Part shown: positions 28,261-42,754 of the stretch, piece by piece
Layout of the letters: each line of letters opens with the position of its first letter
Numbering within the stretch: position 1 is the first letter of the stretch
Source of the DNA: Octopus sinensis
Taxonomy: Eukaryota
DNA: 64,000 nucleotides
NCBI RefSeq assembly: GCF_006345805.1
Contig: NC_043001.1
Coordinates: forward strand, 57,846,001-57,910,000
Reading direction: 5' to 3'
The notes under the pieces: generated by a model
The model's input: the letters and a program-made list of their open reading frames with translations, nothing else
What the model was told of the DNA's origin: nothing
The model's database searches: none
Program-made: the position numbers and the translations under genes

Positions 28261-28459
28261 AACATGTGCATTCGTGAGATAGTATAAGTATATATGTTTG
28301 TATATGCACATGTATATGCATACATAAATGTGTGTGTGTGAGGGTATGGTGTATGAGACAATGAGGCAGGGTTATAGGAGAGACAGAATTATATCGTATA
28401 TAGAGAGTAAAGTCTCCGACGAAGAAATTGATACGGTAGAGATTGTAAAGTTGGAAAGA

Positions 28460-28503
<44 letters not shown>

Positions 28504-28948
28504 AAGAGAAGGAGAAATGTATGTATGTTTGTGTGTGGTGGGGCTTCATTGTAAATATCATTGCCATAATTTACATTGACTTATAGTAACAAGGTATATC
28601 TCCTCTTTAGAAAACAAGAGGAGAATGACGATAATTAATCAAACTTTGGTACAATGGCTCATGCTAAATATAACAATTTGCTTTTGTGTTCTGAATGTGA
28701 TATGTTTAGATGGTTTTTCAATGTATGAAGCATTGATTACCAATAGATTGTCAAAACAAACAGAATGGGAAATACTCACAGAGTCAAGAGAAAATAACAG
28801 TGATGGTATAAAATTACTGGATAAAAATTTTAACTGAATTCCTTTTCTTTTTAGCCATTGACGTTGCTTACACTGCCTGAACATTTATTATTAGCTGTTA
28901 ATATATTTTAAAGACTACAGCAATTGGCAATTTCAACTCTGAGAGTAA

Positions 28949-29009
<61 letters not shown>

Positions 29010-30499
29010 CATATATATTATCGAAGATTAAGTCAGTATTAAGAATACTTGATTGACATTTTTCGTACGATTCAGGTCCATAGGTCTATTTTAGTGCATG
29101 TCCTTTCATTCATGTGTGATAACTACAGCATTAGAGCATTTTACATCGAATTTCTCACAATGTAGGTGTTTCTTAATACCATAGTCACATTTCGTGGCAA
29201 TTATATATATACGGGTGTGTATATGTGTATATGTATGTATGTTTGTATATACGCCTTATGTAATAAACACAGTATTTAGTTTTATGAGATACTAATACCT
29301 TAATGCCAAAATACCCAACTCAGACACCATTTTAAAACACGTCTGATGCCTTCATGCAATATTCAGTCTTGCATTCCAGTTGGCATCAATATCCAGCAAT
29401 CCAAGGATAATGCATATAGTTCTGTAGGAGGATGTAATCAACATTTATTTTTCAGTCATGAAAAAAACTTGAACTATAGAGCCGATGGTTATTGTGTTAG
29501 AAATCAGAACTTGAATGTAAGATGGAAGATTGTCTTGCTGAAGGTGAAAGAAACTTCTATCCAGTCAGAAACCATGCGTTTAGTTTTTTAGAAGAAAGGT
29601 GATTTGCACCCTTCTTCACGTAGTAATACTTTGAGTGTGGATGAATTTATGCTGCCTCTTTGCACTAATATGTAGGCTCGGCATTATACAATGCAATTGT
29701 ATATTCGCAAATCAGTGTAATGGAAGGAAAGTAACCCATGAAATCATCCGCAAATCATGGTTACACTAACGATTCAACACTAGAAAGTGTACCTCTGGAT
29801 GTCAAATTAAATACTAAGAAGAAAAGAAAGAAAAAGGGAAGAAAGAAAAATAAAACCGCTGTCACAGAAAGAGAAATAAAGAAGTGGGAGTAAAAAGTTA
29901 TGCGAAATTGAACTACTAGGTTGAAAACAGAACAAAAGAAAAACACGAAAGGCAGAGAACGTTACGTGATGTATAATGTATATGTCAAATATGAATTGCT
30001 CTCTACTTCAGCAAATCATCTCGTTTTTCAAAACGTACCTTGTCTGTTGTAGCTTAATTTGATGCAATTATTATTAGGTGTATACAGAATATCTGCCTGT
30101 CAATAACCTGGTCCACATTGTTATAATTTGGCTGTACAGGATAATATTATGTTATAAATAGATACACAGAGATACCATTATTCGGGAAATTCACTCAATG
30201 TATGCAATGTAGCAACCGCAGCACCTTCAAATATTTCAAATATTTCCATATGTCAGATTAAAGTCAGAAACGCAAGAGTCGAGACACCTAAGGTAATTTT
30301 CTTAGTTGTAATCATCGGCGTCGTTGTCATCATCATCTTCTTCATATTCATCTTCTTCTTTTTCCTCTTTCTCCTCCTCCTGTCCTACTCCACCTCTTCA
30401 TCAACATCACCACCGCCAACTCTTCCTCCTCTTTTTCATCATTATCATCACCACCGCCTCCACTACCACCATCATCTTCACCACCACCACCATCCCCAC

Positions 30500-30665
<166 letters not shown>

Positions 30666-31436
30666 GTATCTTTATTAGCAGCAGCAACAGAAGTAACAAT
30701 GTGAAGTCGATGAGAGAAACAAAAAAGGCACCACACCCAAGGGAAAAATTTGTCGCATACAATTAAAGGTACAAAATTCGAAGAGAGGCACCCATATCAC
30801 TCATAAAAGCTTATGATTCATATCTTTCAATGAAGTTTGAGTAAACATTATTTCCTATATGTACGCAGTCACACTGCTTAGCGCTTAGATAGTTGGTCTC
30901 ACATTGATAAAATTGTAGGTAAGCTTACAAAACTAGTTAAAGCGTTGTTTTCTTGACCATGGCACTTCCTTTAGCGTTGCAGTAATTTTTCTAAGTTAAC
31001 CAAATCTCGTACAAGCTAACTTTCAGTCCTTGCTCTAGCAATTACTAGATGTCTACATCACACTAGATAATGATGAAGAGGACGATGATGATAATTATGA
31101 CGATTTTAAGTTAAGGAACTGGGAAGATATGACGACTATAGGAAGAGAAAGAAGTATATTTGCCTAGATTTGTTGCTTATTTTTAGTGATCGTATTGCGA
31201 TCGTCCTTGTCTTCATAAATCCTGTTATTTCTGCTGCTTTTAATACCAACAATTTTCAAAAGACAATTTCAAGCCTAGGAAATCAGTAACATTGTAACTA
31301 GTTTTATTACGTGATGTTACAGCATTCCAGTGCCGACTCGATCCTGTTTGAACAAACATATAATCAAATGTACTCCAGCCATGACGATCCAATATTTATT
31401 TTAGCTATATATCAATATTACTCAAGCGAGAAGGGC

Positions 31437-31630
31437 AGCAAATAGGGTGAATCATTAGCACGCCGGACAATATGCTTAGTGACAGAGTTAAAATTCCGCC
31501 GTGGTCGACTTTACCTGCTATTCTTTCGCGTACGATAAAATAAGTATCAGTTGGCCAATGGGGACCTTGTAATCGACTTACACCTTCCTACCGAAATTAA
31601 TGACCGTGTTCCATACTTCAAACCAATATT
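31437..31630 (+). mobile_element. Old SINE, third family (Meta/Sauria-like central segment)
   Basis: GAATCATTAGCACGCCGG..AAATTCCGCCGTGGTCGACTTT..CGATAAAATAAGTATCAGTT..TGTAATCGACTT; related copies at 37468, 38454 and 39460. Confidence 0.7.
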
Positions 31631-32928
31631 GTTTCAAGCTAATTTTAGTTATTAATCTTAAGGCAGTGGGTAATAGTTTTCAGAAATGTGGGTATATCAT
31701 TTCATCCAGTGAGAAAAGTGCGTATATCATTTCATTCTCTCCAAATTAGAGGCGCTTGGTGATTATAGATGTCGTCGGAGTTATGGTGACGTTATTTGTT
31801 ATAACGGATGTGGCTTCACGTATCAATAGCAGTGAGAATAATGAGAGCGGTAGTGTAGTGGCTACAGTAGTCATGGGGATAATCATAATTGAGGGAACTC
31901 ATTGTTTATTTGTTGCTCTCGGCAACGGTATAGTGGCGATCTTGCTTTTATTGTCTTAGTGGTGATGGTGATTAAAATGGTTATGATAGTAGTGATAGTG
32001 GTGGTAGTGGTTACAATGGTTACTGTAGAGCAGTGGTGGTATCTAAGTTGGTCGTGATGAGGAAGTTGTTTCAGCTAGTACTGCGGTTACTATTACAGAT
32101 AATGTAGATAATTATCATAATGAAGTGTATAAGTTGCAATGTTTTTTGAGTGGAAAAGAAGAAACGTATACAGCTCCTCCTCACATGCATACAGGAAATA
32201 TACATATATTTTTATGTATATACTGATCCACGTTCATACACAAACACACATACGACCCACTCTGTCTTCAAATTCCCACTCATTTCGTTGGATACAACTA
32301 CTACGGAACATTTGCAGTTTACAAGTGTCTAGCCAACTAAATTTATCGTGGAAACTGCTTCAGATTAGCAATGATTCTACTTCGTTGAAATTTGAAGGGC
32401 AGCCGTAAGATTTGCCACTTGACATTTCGACACAACACTCGATGTATTAAACAGCGAAAATCAAAAATAAATACAAAGAAATACTTGAAACAAATAACGT
32501 ATGGTCGGAAAATATAATTTGTTACAATCTAGAATTTGTGTATACCTACTGAATATACGAGTATATGAAGAAATATTCCATATGTATTTGTATTTGTGTG
32601 TATAAGTGTGTGAGCGTGCATTGCCGTAGTGCGTTAGCATTATTTTGTTCTAATGCCGTACGGGATAAATCATTGGATTTTCTCTGAAGCTGAATATAGT
32701 TGACTGATGTAAACAACTTGTGTTTATATGCAATCTATTCATGGACTGGAAAGGTAGGATCTGTAGGCCTTCGTACAAACCTCTGCTGGTATTTCATTAA
32801 CGATGGAATGACATTTTTCACGAAAACAAGCAGTACACAGCTGTGCATAATATATATGCATAACTACATACGTAAATATACACACGTGTGGTTGTGCATA
32901 AATATACAGCTATATATGCATGTATATG

Positions 32929-32981
<53 letters not shown>

Positions 32982-33189
32982 GTGTATATATAAAAATATA
33001 TATATATATATATATATATAGGTATCTATGTATGTGTGTGTCAGTGTATGTATGTATGTATATATAAGAGGACAATTTTATAACTTTGTTAAACTGAAAG
33101 GCAATTTCGTTAGACGGAAGCACAAAAATAAAAACAGCAATGCAGCAGGAAGTGCTACGGTGAAACCGAAGCGAAAGTAGAAATAACAT

Positions 33190-35896
33190 TCCAATCGGTC
33201 AAAACAACTTTATATCATTTACAAAATTGAATATAAATATATATTAAAATAATAGAGCACTCAATGGTAAAACGGAATAGTACAGAATATACACATATAC
33301 ACGAATAAAAAGTCATAAAACCTAAAAGGGTTATACGAGTGAAGTCGAATGAAGAAAATTATATGGAATAAATTCATGCGTAATAAAGGCGACTAAAATT
33401 TAAGGCAATTGAGCTAAAATAATATAAATATATACAAATACAAGAGTATGACTATAAAAAATAAAAGGGTAAGGAAACCAGAACAGAGTCCATTGAAGCC
33501 TATCTCTACGATCGTTTCCAAGGATGCTGCTTCACATCGTTAAGGTACAATCCATTAAGGAAATTCAACAGCAACACCTTTTCAGCAGGAGAAAACTCCA
33601 CATTCAATTTGTTTTATTGGCCACCGGGGACCAACAAAGAGGGGACGATACAATTGATGGGGATGAGACGTACTATCACAAGCTCCATTCCACCACTGTA
33701 GTAATCACGTTGGAACATCCCTTCCCAACATTCGTGCTACACTATTCCATCTTTCCGCAAACACAACAGCTGACAGCCCTATCTTCCTTTTCTGGTTAAA
33801 TTTGAAAAAGCTCACCAATGTTGGGCCAGAGTTGAAATTGCTGGTCATGCACACTTTCATTCTACTTTTCCATACAGTCTCTTTCGCAATTGCTACTACA
33901 ATGAGAAAGCAATTCTTACATTCTTTATTTAAAGAGGTAGGTGGGTCAATTTTTACAAGTGATTCAGCGGAAAGCTGTACTCTTCCAGCATTTCACAACA
34001 GTTTTTCGACAGAAGCCCACAGATCCGACACACTTGAACATTCTACAATCGCATGCAGGACAGTTCCCTTATCCTGCACGCATCTTGGACAAGTCGGCGA
34101 GCTGTGATAACCATGCCTTGCGAGCTTATCCCTGACAGGTAAGGCCCTCTCGATAACATTGCCAGGTCAAGGACTTCTGGAAATTATCCAGGGCCCTCAA
34201 CTCGAATGTTCTTCGGAACAGGCTGGTGAGATGATTATAATCGATCTTTCCTAAGGCATCATCACATTTCGACTCTACCATCCGTCTATTGAATGATGCG
34301 ATTGAAACGTCACCGTTAGCATTGCCCGAGCTATAGAATAGAAGTGCCTTTCGGCACTGGGTACCATGTACCCAACTTCGATTCCAATAGATCCACAGGT
34401 GTCTCAGCTTCAGCGCATGCCTGCACATCATCAGCTACGGCATCCCTAGTCCACCCTTTAACGGTTTTTGACAGCAGGTAGAGCGCTTCATAAGGAGCCC
34501 TCCCACAAAAAGCGAAAGAACACCCATTCCAACTTGATCACGAAAGGGGACAAGATGCGAAAGTTTGATGGTAAGTAATCACCGATGCGATAAACCCATT
34601 GGTAACCGCCCTCCCTTTAAAAGATGGCCATCGCCCAGGTCAGGTGTAAGCTGGGTCACCCTGCTCAGTACCTCGCTCCAATTCTCTATCTGGAGTTCCA
34701 AACCGAATCAGACCCTAGATGTTTAATGAGACCCTCCGTCCAACGTCCTACGACGCTGTTGGGAGGTATCGGCTTGCTCCTCCAGGTGCCGATTTGCAAG
34801 CCGATTGACTTTTCACGATTAACCGTCTCGTATTCCTTAATTGCATCGTCTACCTGCTGTAGGTGTTCCACTTCGGATACGATGATGGTAATATCGTCCG
34901 CGTTCGTTGTTACTGTTCCCTCGAGCTCCTCATCGCCTCCAACCTATGTAGGAATGGCTCAAGAATCAACACATACAAAGTGGGGAGAGAGGGCATTCCT
35001 GGCGATCCGATCGTGTGATGCAGAACGGCTTCGAAAAGAAATCGTGCATCCGAACTTTCGAGTGGATGTTGCCATACATGGCGATGATTCAGCTAAGGAA
35101 TTTCGGACCCAAACCAAACACTGCGAGGACCGACACAAGGTACTGAATGTTCATCCCTATAGAAAGCCTTAGCTTGGTCTAATCAGACCACTGCCCTACC
35201 TGAGCCAGGTTTATTATATTTCTACTCTAAGGCATAATGTATAAAGTGGAGATTGTCCTGAATGGTTCTGCCGGGAATAGCACAAGTTTCTGCTTACCTA
35301 ACGAGCCCATCCGCGACACGTGCCATCCTTTTCACTAAAACCTTGGTCAAAATCTTCAACTCTATGATTGACAAAGTGATGGGCCAAAAATAACTAATGA
35401 ATCCCCCTTGTTCGAGTTCTTCCTAACCACTCCTCGACATACAGATCTGGGAATGAACCCATTCCAGATCTGTATGTAAAGACGCCCGCTAGCAGGTTTC
35501 CGAAAAGTCTGAAATACTATTATATAATTCATAGAGGGGACCATGAATTCCCGTTGCTTTGTTCTCGTTGCAGTCCGCCATAGCAGCCTAGGGAAATCGA
35601 GGTATAAGTATTAGAGATGCCAAATTGGACAAATCTTAACTTCTACTTATCCACGAGGGAGTCGAACCAAAGAATGGCAGATACCGAGGAGAAAGGAGGA
35701 ATAAAATTGAAAGGTATAATGAATAAACACTCCAATCGGTCAAAACAACTTTATATCATTCACAAATTATCAAAATCGAATATAAATATATATATTAATT
35801 TAATAAGGCACCCAGTAGTATAAGATATACACATATATACGAATAAGAGGTAATAATACCTAAAAGGGTTATACGAGTGAAGTCGAATGGAGAAAA
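33190..35896 (-). mobile_element. L1/Tx1-like LINE relic (RT + zf-RVT) between ~165-bp direct repeats
   Basis: IPGRTIQDNLH, LDQAKAFYRV, RQECPLSP, NADDITIIVS, CPRC..TVLHAIVEC. Repeats at 33190-33358 and 35731-35896. Confidence 0.85.
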
Positions 35897-37467
35897 AAGA
35901 AATATTTATACATACGTACACATGTGTGTGTATGTCTCTATGTATGCATGTAACTATGTAGTCATATACATTTACTACTTGTTTGTCTAACTTTGAGCAG
36001 CATAAAGATCAGCAATCACAACCATGTGAATTTATTAGGTAAGTAAACATGCGAACTCTCAAAACCGCCTTGAAGAAAGATTAACTTAATTTATTTCAAT
36101 GTATTTTCTCTTTTCTTAATGTATAATTAAATAGTCTTAACTACATGGCACCGGTTGTATAATTGGACAGTGCTCTTATTTGTTTATTCATAATAAAGTT
36201 CTCTAGTTATTTTCACCTTATTTTCTTTCTTCTGAAGTATCTATCTGTTATTTTTCAGGTTCAAATGAAGCTTTGTATCTATTATCGTTTCCGTTTACTC
36301 ATACATATTTTTTTTATAAAAGCTCTACTACATCTCACCGTAATTTTGTATATTATGCTCACCATATGTTTCTACAATTTGAATTTATCCATACTTCTGT
36401 TTATTTGTTTTGAAGCGCACATGTATATCCTACATTCTCATCAATTTTCTTATTGTAAACTCGTTGAACCGCTGGCGTATCGAAATTTGAAACCTAAGCC
36501 CTCCGCAGTTAGCTTTACCTTGCAACCTTTCGGAGTTATAGGAAATTTAATCACCGACTGGCTCCTCACTGTCTGTGAGCAACACGTAATATCTAATCAC
36601 TATATTAATTTTGAACTTTTTTATTTATTTATAGATTTATTCCTTCATTCACTTGACCTAAAAATTTACACATTTATTAAAGAAAATATCTTTCTTAAAA
36701 ATATCATACACCACAGACCTGCAATTTCTTGACACTAAACTTGCCTGCTACATTTTACACTAAATTTAAACCTCTTCTGCCATCATATTTTTGAAAAGGC
36801 CCTTCGTCAACAAAGTACCCTCCTCTCGCACTTCCATATCTTAATTGTTCATAATCTCATTCTATGCATTCTACACAATTTCATCACCAGAACTATATTC
36901 TGAGCAATATATCGATACATACCTAATACAGTTCAAAGTTAACTCTTGTTTCTCTCTTTCTCTTCATGTTTTCCTTTTGGCATCTACATTTTACACCTAA
37001 CATTCCACTTCAGTCTTGATTCTCTCAGGCACTTAACTTCCTTTCACGTTTTACTTATTTATTTTCGTTCTTTTCTACTATTCGCAGTTTGTTTCCTTTG
37101 TTTTTTTTCCTCTCATCCCATTTTTCCTTAGCACCATTTCTTTTACCGCCTTCCTTTCATATCTTTCAGCATAGCTTTTTTTTTCGGCTGGCCTTTTCCC
37201 TCTTTATTTTTCTTTAACACTTGGTACCATTATCTCTAATAAACATTTCCTTTGTAGATAGCCCTTATTCTCCCTTTTCCCGTTTCAACCAATCAAATCA
37301 CTACCTTCACATACATTTCCGTATTCAGACATTTCATTTATTTATTATAGTTTAACTGTAATACCAGTTAAAACAAATGGTGTATGGAAACGTAGCAACG
37401 CAATAGAGGATGTAAACAATGATTGAACATCCAGTTTTGCTGCTGTTGACATTATGCTTAACACTAA

Positions 37468-37633
37468 GGCGGCGACCTGGCAGAATTGTTCACCACGCCT
37501 GCCAAAATTGAATCCGTCTTTGCCTTGTGAGTTCAATTTCTGCCGAGGTCCATAAAATAAGAATCAGTTGAACACTGGGTTCGATGTAATCCACTTCGAA
37601 ATGGCTGGTCTTAAGCAAAATCTCGAAACCAAT
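37468..37633 (+). mobile_element. Old SINE, third family, internally deleted
   Basis: GGCGGCGACCTGGCAGAATTGTT..GAGTTCAATTTCTGCCGAGGTC..ACTGGGTTCGATGTAATC. Confidence 0.7.
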
Positions 37634-37735
37634 ATTATGGTTAATTCTGCTTTATATGATGAATAGTATCTTCATACAGTTGGAGTTACTCTACATACAT
37701 ACATACATACATACATACATACATACATACATACT

Positions 37736-37784
<49 letters not shown>

Positions 37785-38453
37785 TGTAACATTTTCTGAA
37801 TTTTAAATAAAGTAACTGTTTTTGTAAGTTTGCCTGGAGATGTTGACAAAATAGACGTACTAAGTAAATGCCGAATAAATGCACTCTGTTATAAAATGTT
37901 GACTAAAACAGACTCAGCCAGTAGATCGTCTGGTGTTATTGATCTACGAAACCGATATATTTACGGAACGTTATTTAAATATTTGAACTGGTTTCACCAC
38001 AATCTGAAGATGGATAGTAGATTTTAACATGAACTCTGATGTGAAATATTCAAATTACGATTATCGTGTCACTTTGTATATAAATGTTTACCTTAGTCTT
38101 TTCATTTTTGTAGATTGTATGTTTTAATTTGAGAAAACGTTGGTGATCGACGAGCTGGAGGTTCTATGATAACACAGGGCTGCTATCCAGGTAGCAGTCT
38201 GTAGTAGAAAATTTTATTGATATTCGCTGCAATTAATATAGCAGATGATCAACTCTCAAAGATAACATGTATGAACAAAATCGTTCCAACTTTACCAATT
38301 TCCTTTTTGCTATATCCAGACTCGTGTTAATTAATAGTCTTACAGTTTCAGGAGTAGAGTGTGATCTTCGTTTCTAGCTGCTATTTCTTAGAGGACGTGC
38401 AACGACTTAATAATGTTCACCATTACTTTATATCACCCGATATCATTTAGGAA

Positions 38454-38648
38454 GCGGCGAGCTAGCATAGTCGTTAGCACACTTAGTAAGATACTTTGCA
38501 GCATTTCGTCTGTCTTTACGTTGTGAGTTCAAATTTCGCCGATGCCGACATTAGCTTTCATCGTTTCGGGATTGAGAACTGTGGTAGACGCTATCGATTT
38601 ACCCCATGCCTCGAAATTGCTGGCCTTGAGCCAAAATTTGAAACCGGT
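38454..38648 (+). mobile_element. Old SINE, third family
   Basis: GCGGCGAGCTAGCATAGTCGTTAGCAC..GAGTTCAAATTTCGCCGA..GCTTTCATCGTTTCGGG. Confidence 0.75.
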
Positions 38649-40675
38649 ATAAAGTGTATCTCGTCCTGTAAAATGTATTACAGATTTGGATTTCCAGCCC
38701 GTTCAACGAAAAACCACAAAAGAAAGAAAAAAAAAGCCGAAAAATACTACAACCAAATCCATTTCATTTATCAGGCAAGAAGTAGCGGCTAACTGTTTCT
38801 CGAAGTACACGCGCCGCCTTCAGAAGGACATCTTAGGTAGTATCATCTATCATATACTATATCCATAACAAATAGCAGGTTTGCCACGTGTAGGGAATTT
38901 ATTTTGCTCATAGATCTACACACTAAAGAATAAGTAGGACTCAAGTGGAACAAGAATTCACATTCAATTAAACTATAGGCTTAATTAAATTATGTTCTGT
39001 ATCATCGGTACATCTCATCACGTGCATGTAATATATATTATATAATTCCATATTTATTCTGAGATAGTAACAAACACGCGTGGTTTTTAATTTTTAATGT
39101 ATGGAAACATGCTTTTACTTACTTTGAGATTTTTAAAGAACAGTGATTCAGTTTCGAGTTAGGGAATGAGTATTAGCCCTCCAAATAAGTAGTCAATATC
39201 TAATTTTCGTCTCAAAGTGTGCAAAATGTAATTAAATATTGCCTCTATTAGTCAATCACATATACTTTAATCTCTATTTTATGGATCTTTTTTATCTATC
39301 ACTAAGTTAGGCTTTCACAATTATACACACTCACACATACAACATGCGTATATAAACATACACGCACATTAAGGCCTGCTTGAGCGCATGAATTTGTGTG
39401 GTTGTGCAGTTTTAATTGCAGTAGTCGTAGTTGTAGTTCTCATAGAGTTTGTCATTAATCCGTTTGGAGTTGACGAAATAAGTACCAGTCGATCATTGGG
39501 GTCAATGTAATCAACTACCCACTCAGTCCAATACTTCAAGCCTTGTTCTTAATGTTGAAAAGAATATTAGAAAGCTTTTATGTCAGTAAATTCACAATAT
39601 ATGCAAATTAATGTTAGAGAATGATGGATTAGTACAATCATGTAAATACCGTTAAAAGATAATAGATGCAAGTTAAAATAATAAATAAATCACGTAGTCA
39701 AATCATTATATTTATATACACCTGTGACATGCGGCTTAGTTATAGAGGACAGAGTATACGACACAATTGTGCAAATGGAAAATTTTAAATATTCCTATTT
39801 TACAAAATAAAAGATGAAAATGATCAACTATGAAAGGCAAAAGAAGAATATTCTGTTGTGTCTGGGGAAAGTCAACACAAGAACTCATATAAAGAATCTT
39901 GCAAACGAAATCCAAACACTACAATACTCCACGTGACTTGGTTTTTGACACATGCCACCTTGAAACTGGTAACCGGCAATGAAATTCCAATATTTCATGT
40001 GTTCGTTAACCGTATATGGAATATCAAAGAAGGAATGAGAACATTCGCATCCTTATTGATACTGATCTCAGTTTTACAAAATTTGTTCCCCTTTTAGTTT
40101 GCTAAACTCTTTTGACATGAAACACTTAACCCCGCTTATATCATAGCTCTCCTAGCTTCTTTGTCTGCTGCAAAGGATTCGAAACTTTAGTAACCTAATT
40201 CAAGGCATTTTAAATTGGGTTTAAAAGAATCTTTGTATATTTTCTTCAGCTTATTATTTTCTTGTTTCTCAGCATAAACACAGTTTAAAGTATTTGTTTG
40301 TGAATGCGTTCATTATCTATATTGATAAGCCGGTCTGTCCATTGTGCTAGGTAGACAATCATGATGACGACGATGATGACGAAGCCTGTGTTCTCAGTGA
40401 TGAGAGCGCTTGTGCCTCCGCAATACAAAACTGGAGGCACACAGGCGCCTACAAATGTCACAGCGATTGTATGTCGACTGGATTGAGGCGGATGCTTCTC
40501 AGTGACATCTTTCTCTTGCAATATCGAGACACCGTCGCATGTCCTCTTCGAAGGCAGCTGTTGCTCGTGGAGAGACGTCCACACTGATCTGACAGTTTGA
40601 GAGGTTTCGAGTTCGTGGTGTGTAATTGCGCTCCATTTGGGTGAAAATGAAAATGTAAAAAAAAATCTATCGCGG

Positions 40676-40950
40676 CATATGCCTCTTGTCTCACCTCTGT
40701 AAGCAGTGTATAAAGGTCATAGTCACCACACTAAGAAGCTCTGTGACTGACAGCCAAATGATTAAGCAGGTTTTCGTGGAGACTATAATGCAGTAGATCG
40801 CATATTCACTCTAACTCACTTCATACGACGAGCGAACGGATGCAGGCTTCCTCTGTGTATCGCTTTTGTTAATTGCGAAAAGCCCTTCGATGATGTTGAA
40901 CTGATTGCAATATTGAGGTCTCTGCAGACGCAAGGAGAGCCTGAAGAACG
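40676..40950 (+). pseudogene. RTE-like reverse transcriptase fragment
   Basis: ICLLSHLCK, QAGFRGDYNAVDRIFTL, PLCIAFVNCEKPFDDV..ILRSLQTQG. Confidence 0.8.
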
Positions 40951-41466
40951 CAAGACAAATTTAGAGGGCCATTGTCACACAGGTATATATAATTATATAA
41001 ACCTAATTATAATAATAGGGGCATTAAAACAAGATGCGTGCGGAGGTAGATTTGTTCGATAAAATATTTCTAGGTGATTCCACAGTATGGTCGTTTGAAT
41101 CAACCGAAGCAAATCAAAGAGAAACTACTGGCAAATGCTAGAAATAGACACCATTCAGCGTCTATTTCTAGTATGTGGTGCTATTCATTAGTGCCCTTAT
41201 TATCATAATTATATTTATATAATTACATATACTTTTATTAATTATTACCTATATGGTTCATTACATGCTGGCTACTTGATAAAACATTATTATAAATATT
41301 TTATCCCTGATTATTACATATATATAATTATAAACATGCTGATATATGACCTACGTTCGACTCCTCAATCATATAATCACCGAACCGGAGCCTAGCAATA
41401 GTCTCTCCATAGCACTTATTCAGCATTACCTGACACATTTCGGTCTTATTGACACGATTACTCCTC

Positions 41467-41498
<32 letters not shown>

Positions 41499-41547
41499 AT
41501 ATATATATATTATATATATATATATATATATAATATATATATATTAT

Positions 41548-41631
<84 letters not shown>

Positions 41632-41634
<3 letters not shown>

Positions 41635-42620
41635 CAGGTTACAGAAGACTTGGGCACATTTTGACATTGAATATCTCAAAAACTATTAAGGACATAAAAA
41701 CGCATCTGATATATTCTGAAAGCCTGCAATTTCAAGTTTTTGTATGGAAAGTTCAAAGATTTTCAATGTGAGCACCGTCGGTCACATGGCCCACATCAAG
41801 CCAATAGTCCAATTCTTGCCAAACGGGTTTCAGCATTGCTTTGTTGATAGTTACAACAGCTTTCGTTATTCGAGCCTTCAGTTCATCCACGTCTTTTGGA
41901 AAGGGAGGCACATAGACCAGTCCTTTCACACACGCCCACAAAAAGAAATCAGAGGGTGTGAGATCTGGAAACCTGGGAGGCCAGGGCATGAGAAGGCGAT
42001 CATCTCACCCAGACCGTTCAATCAATCTATCTTGCAGTGTTGTGTTCAGATACTGTTTAACCCTGAGGCTCCAGTGCGGTGGCACCTCATCCTATTGGAA
42101 AAAAAGAAGTCCCTACTGGCTCTTCTGATCGATTTATGTGGGCTCTGCTAAAAGGCAGTTCGAACTCGCTCAACGGTATCATCTGAAGTTGAGGAGCATC
42201 CCGTTCTCTTAGCTGGGCACAAACACCCATCCTTCATGAATTTACCATGCCATCTCAATTTGGACTTTCTGGTGTCCCTTTTCAGAATGCTGAGTAAGTG
42301 CTATGGAGATATTATTGTTAGGGTCCGGTTCGGTAATTATGCGATTGAGGAGTCGAACGTAGGTCATATATCAGCATGTTTATATTTATATATATGTAAT
42401 AATCAGGGATAAATGCACGTTGAACAAGTGCCTATGCTTCAGTTTTTGCAAATTCAAGGATGCAAAACGCCTTTTCTGGTTGAATGACCACCATTCCTGG
42501 ATCTGAAGAATATGAAAAAATCATGAATTTAGCTTTAAGATGGTACCAGTTTCATCTTACTATCGATCATAGTCCAGCAGATATGAAGACTTGAAATGTG
42601 CCCAAGACTTCTGGAACACC

Positions 42621-42623
<3 letters not shown>
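41632..42623 (-). mobile_element. Tc1/mariner-superfamily element (DUF4817-type N-terminus), both TIRs, internally deleted
   Basis: TIRs CAG(G/C)..GTT.CAGAAG.CTTGGGCACATTT flanked by TA; EKAFCILEFAKT, SPHKSIRRAS, FFQ*DEVPPHW, WPPRFPDLTPSDFFLW. Confidence 0.92.
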
Positions 42624-42679
<56 letters not shown>

Positions 42680-42754
42680 GCATATATATATATATATGTA
42701 TATACAAACATATATAGTACATACATACGTATATACATATATATAGGGAGAATA

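Noticed and set aside
29620-29665. piggyBac-like LSVDEFM motif
   Set aside because: No other piggyBac motifs, TIRs or TTAA ends found.
35653-35664. B-box GGTTCGACTCC on the minus strand as a tRNA target of the Tx1-like element
   Set aside because: No A box or tRNA fold nearby.
36163-36732. 189-aa hydrophobic ORF as a membrane protein
   Set aside because: T-rich antisense of an A-rich decayed element (ITPKG on the minus strand hints at a PLE N-terminus); no family motif.
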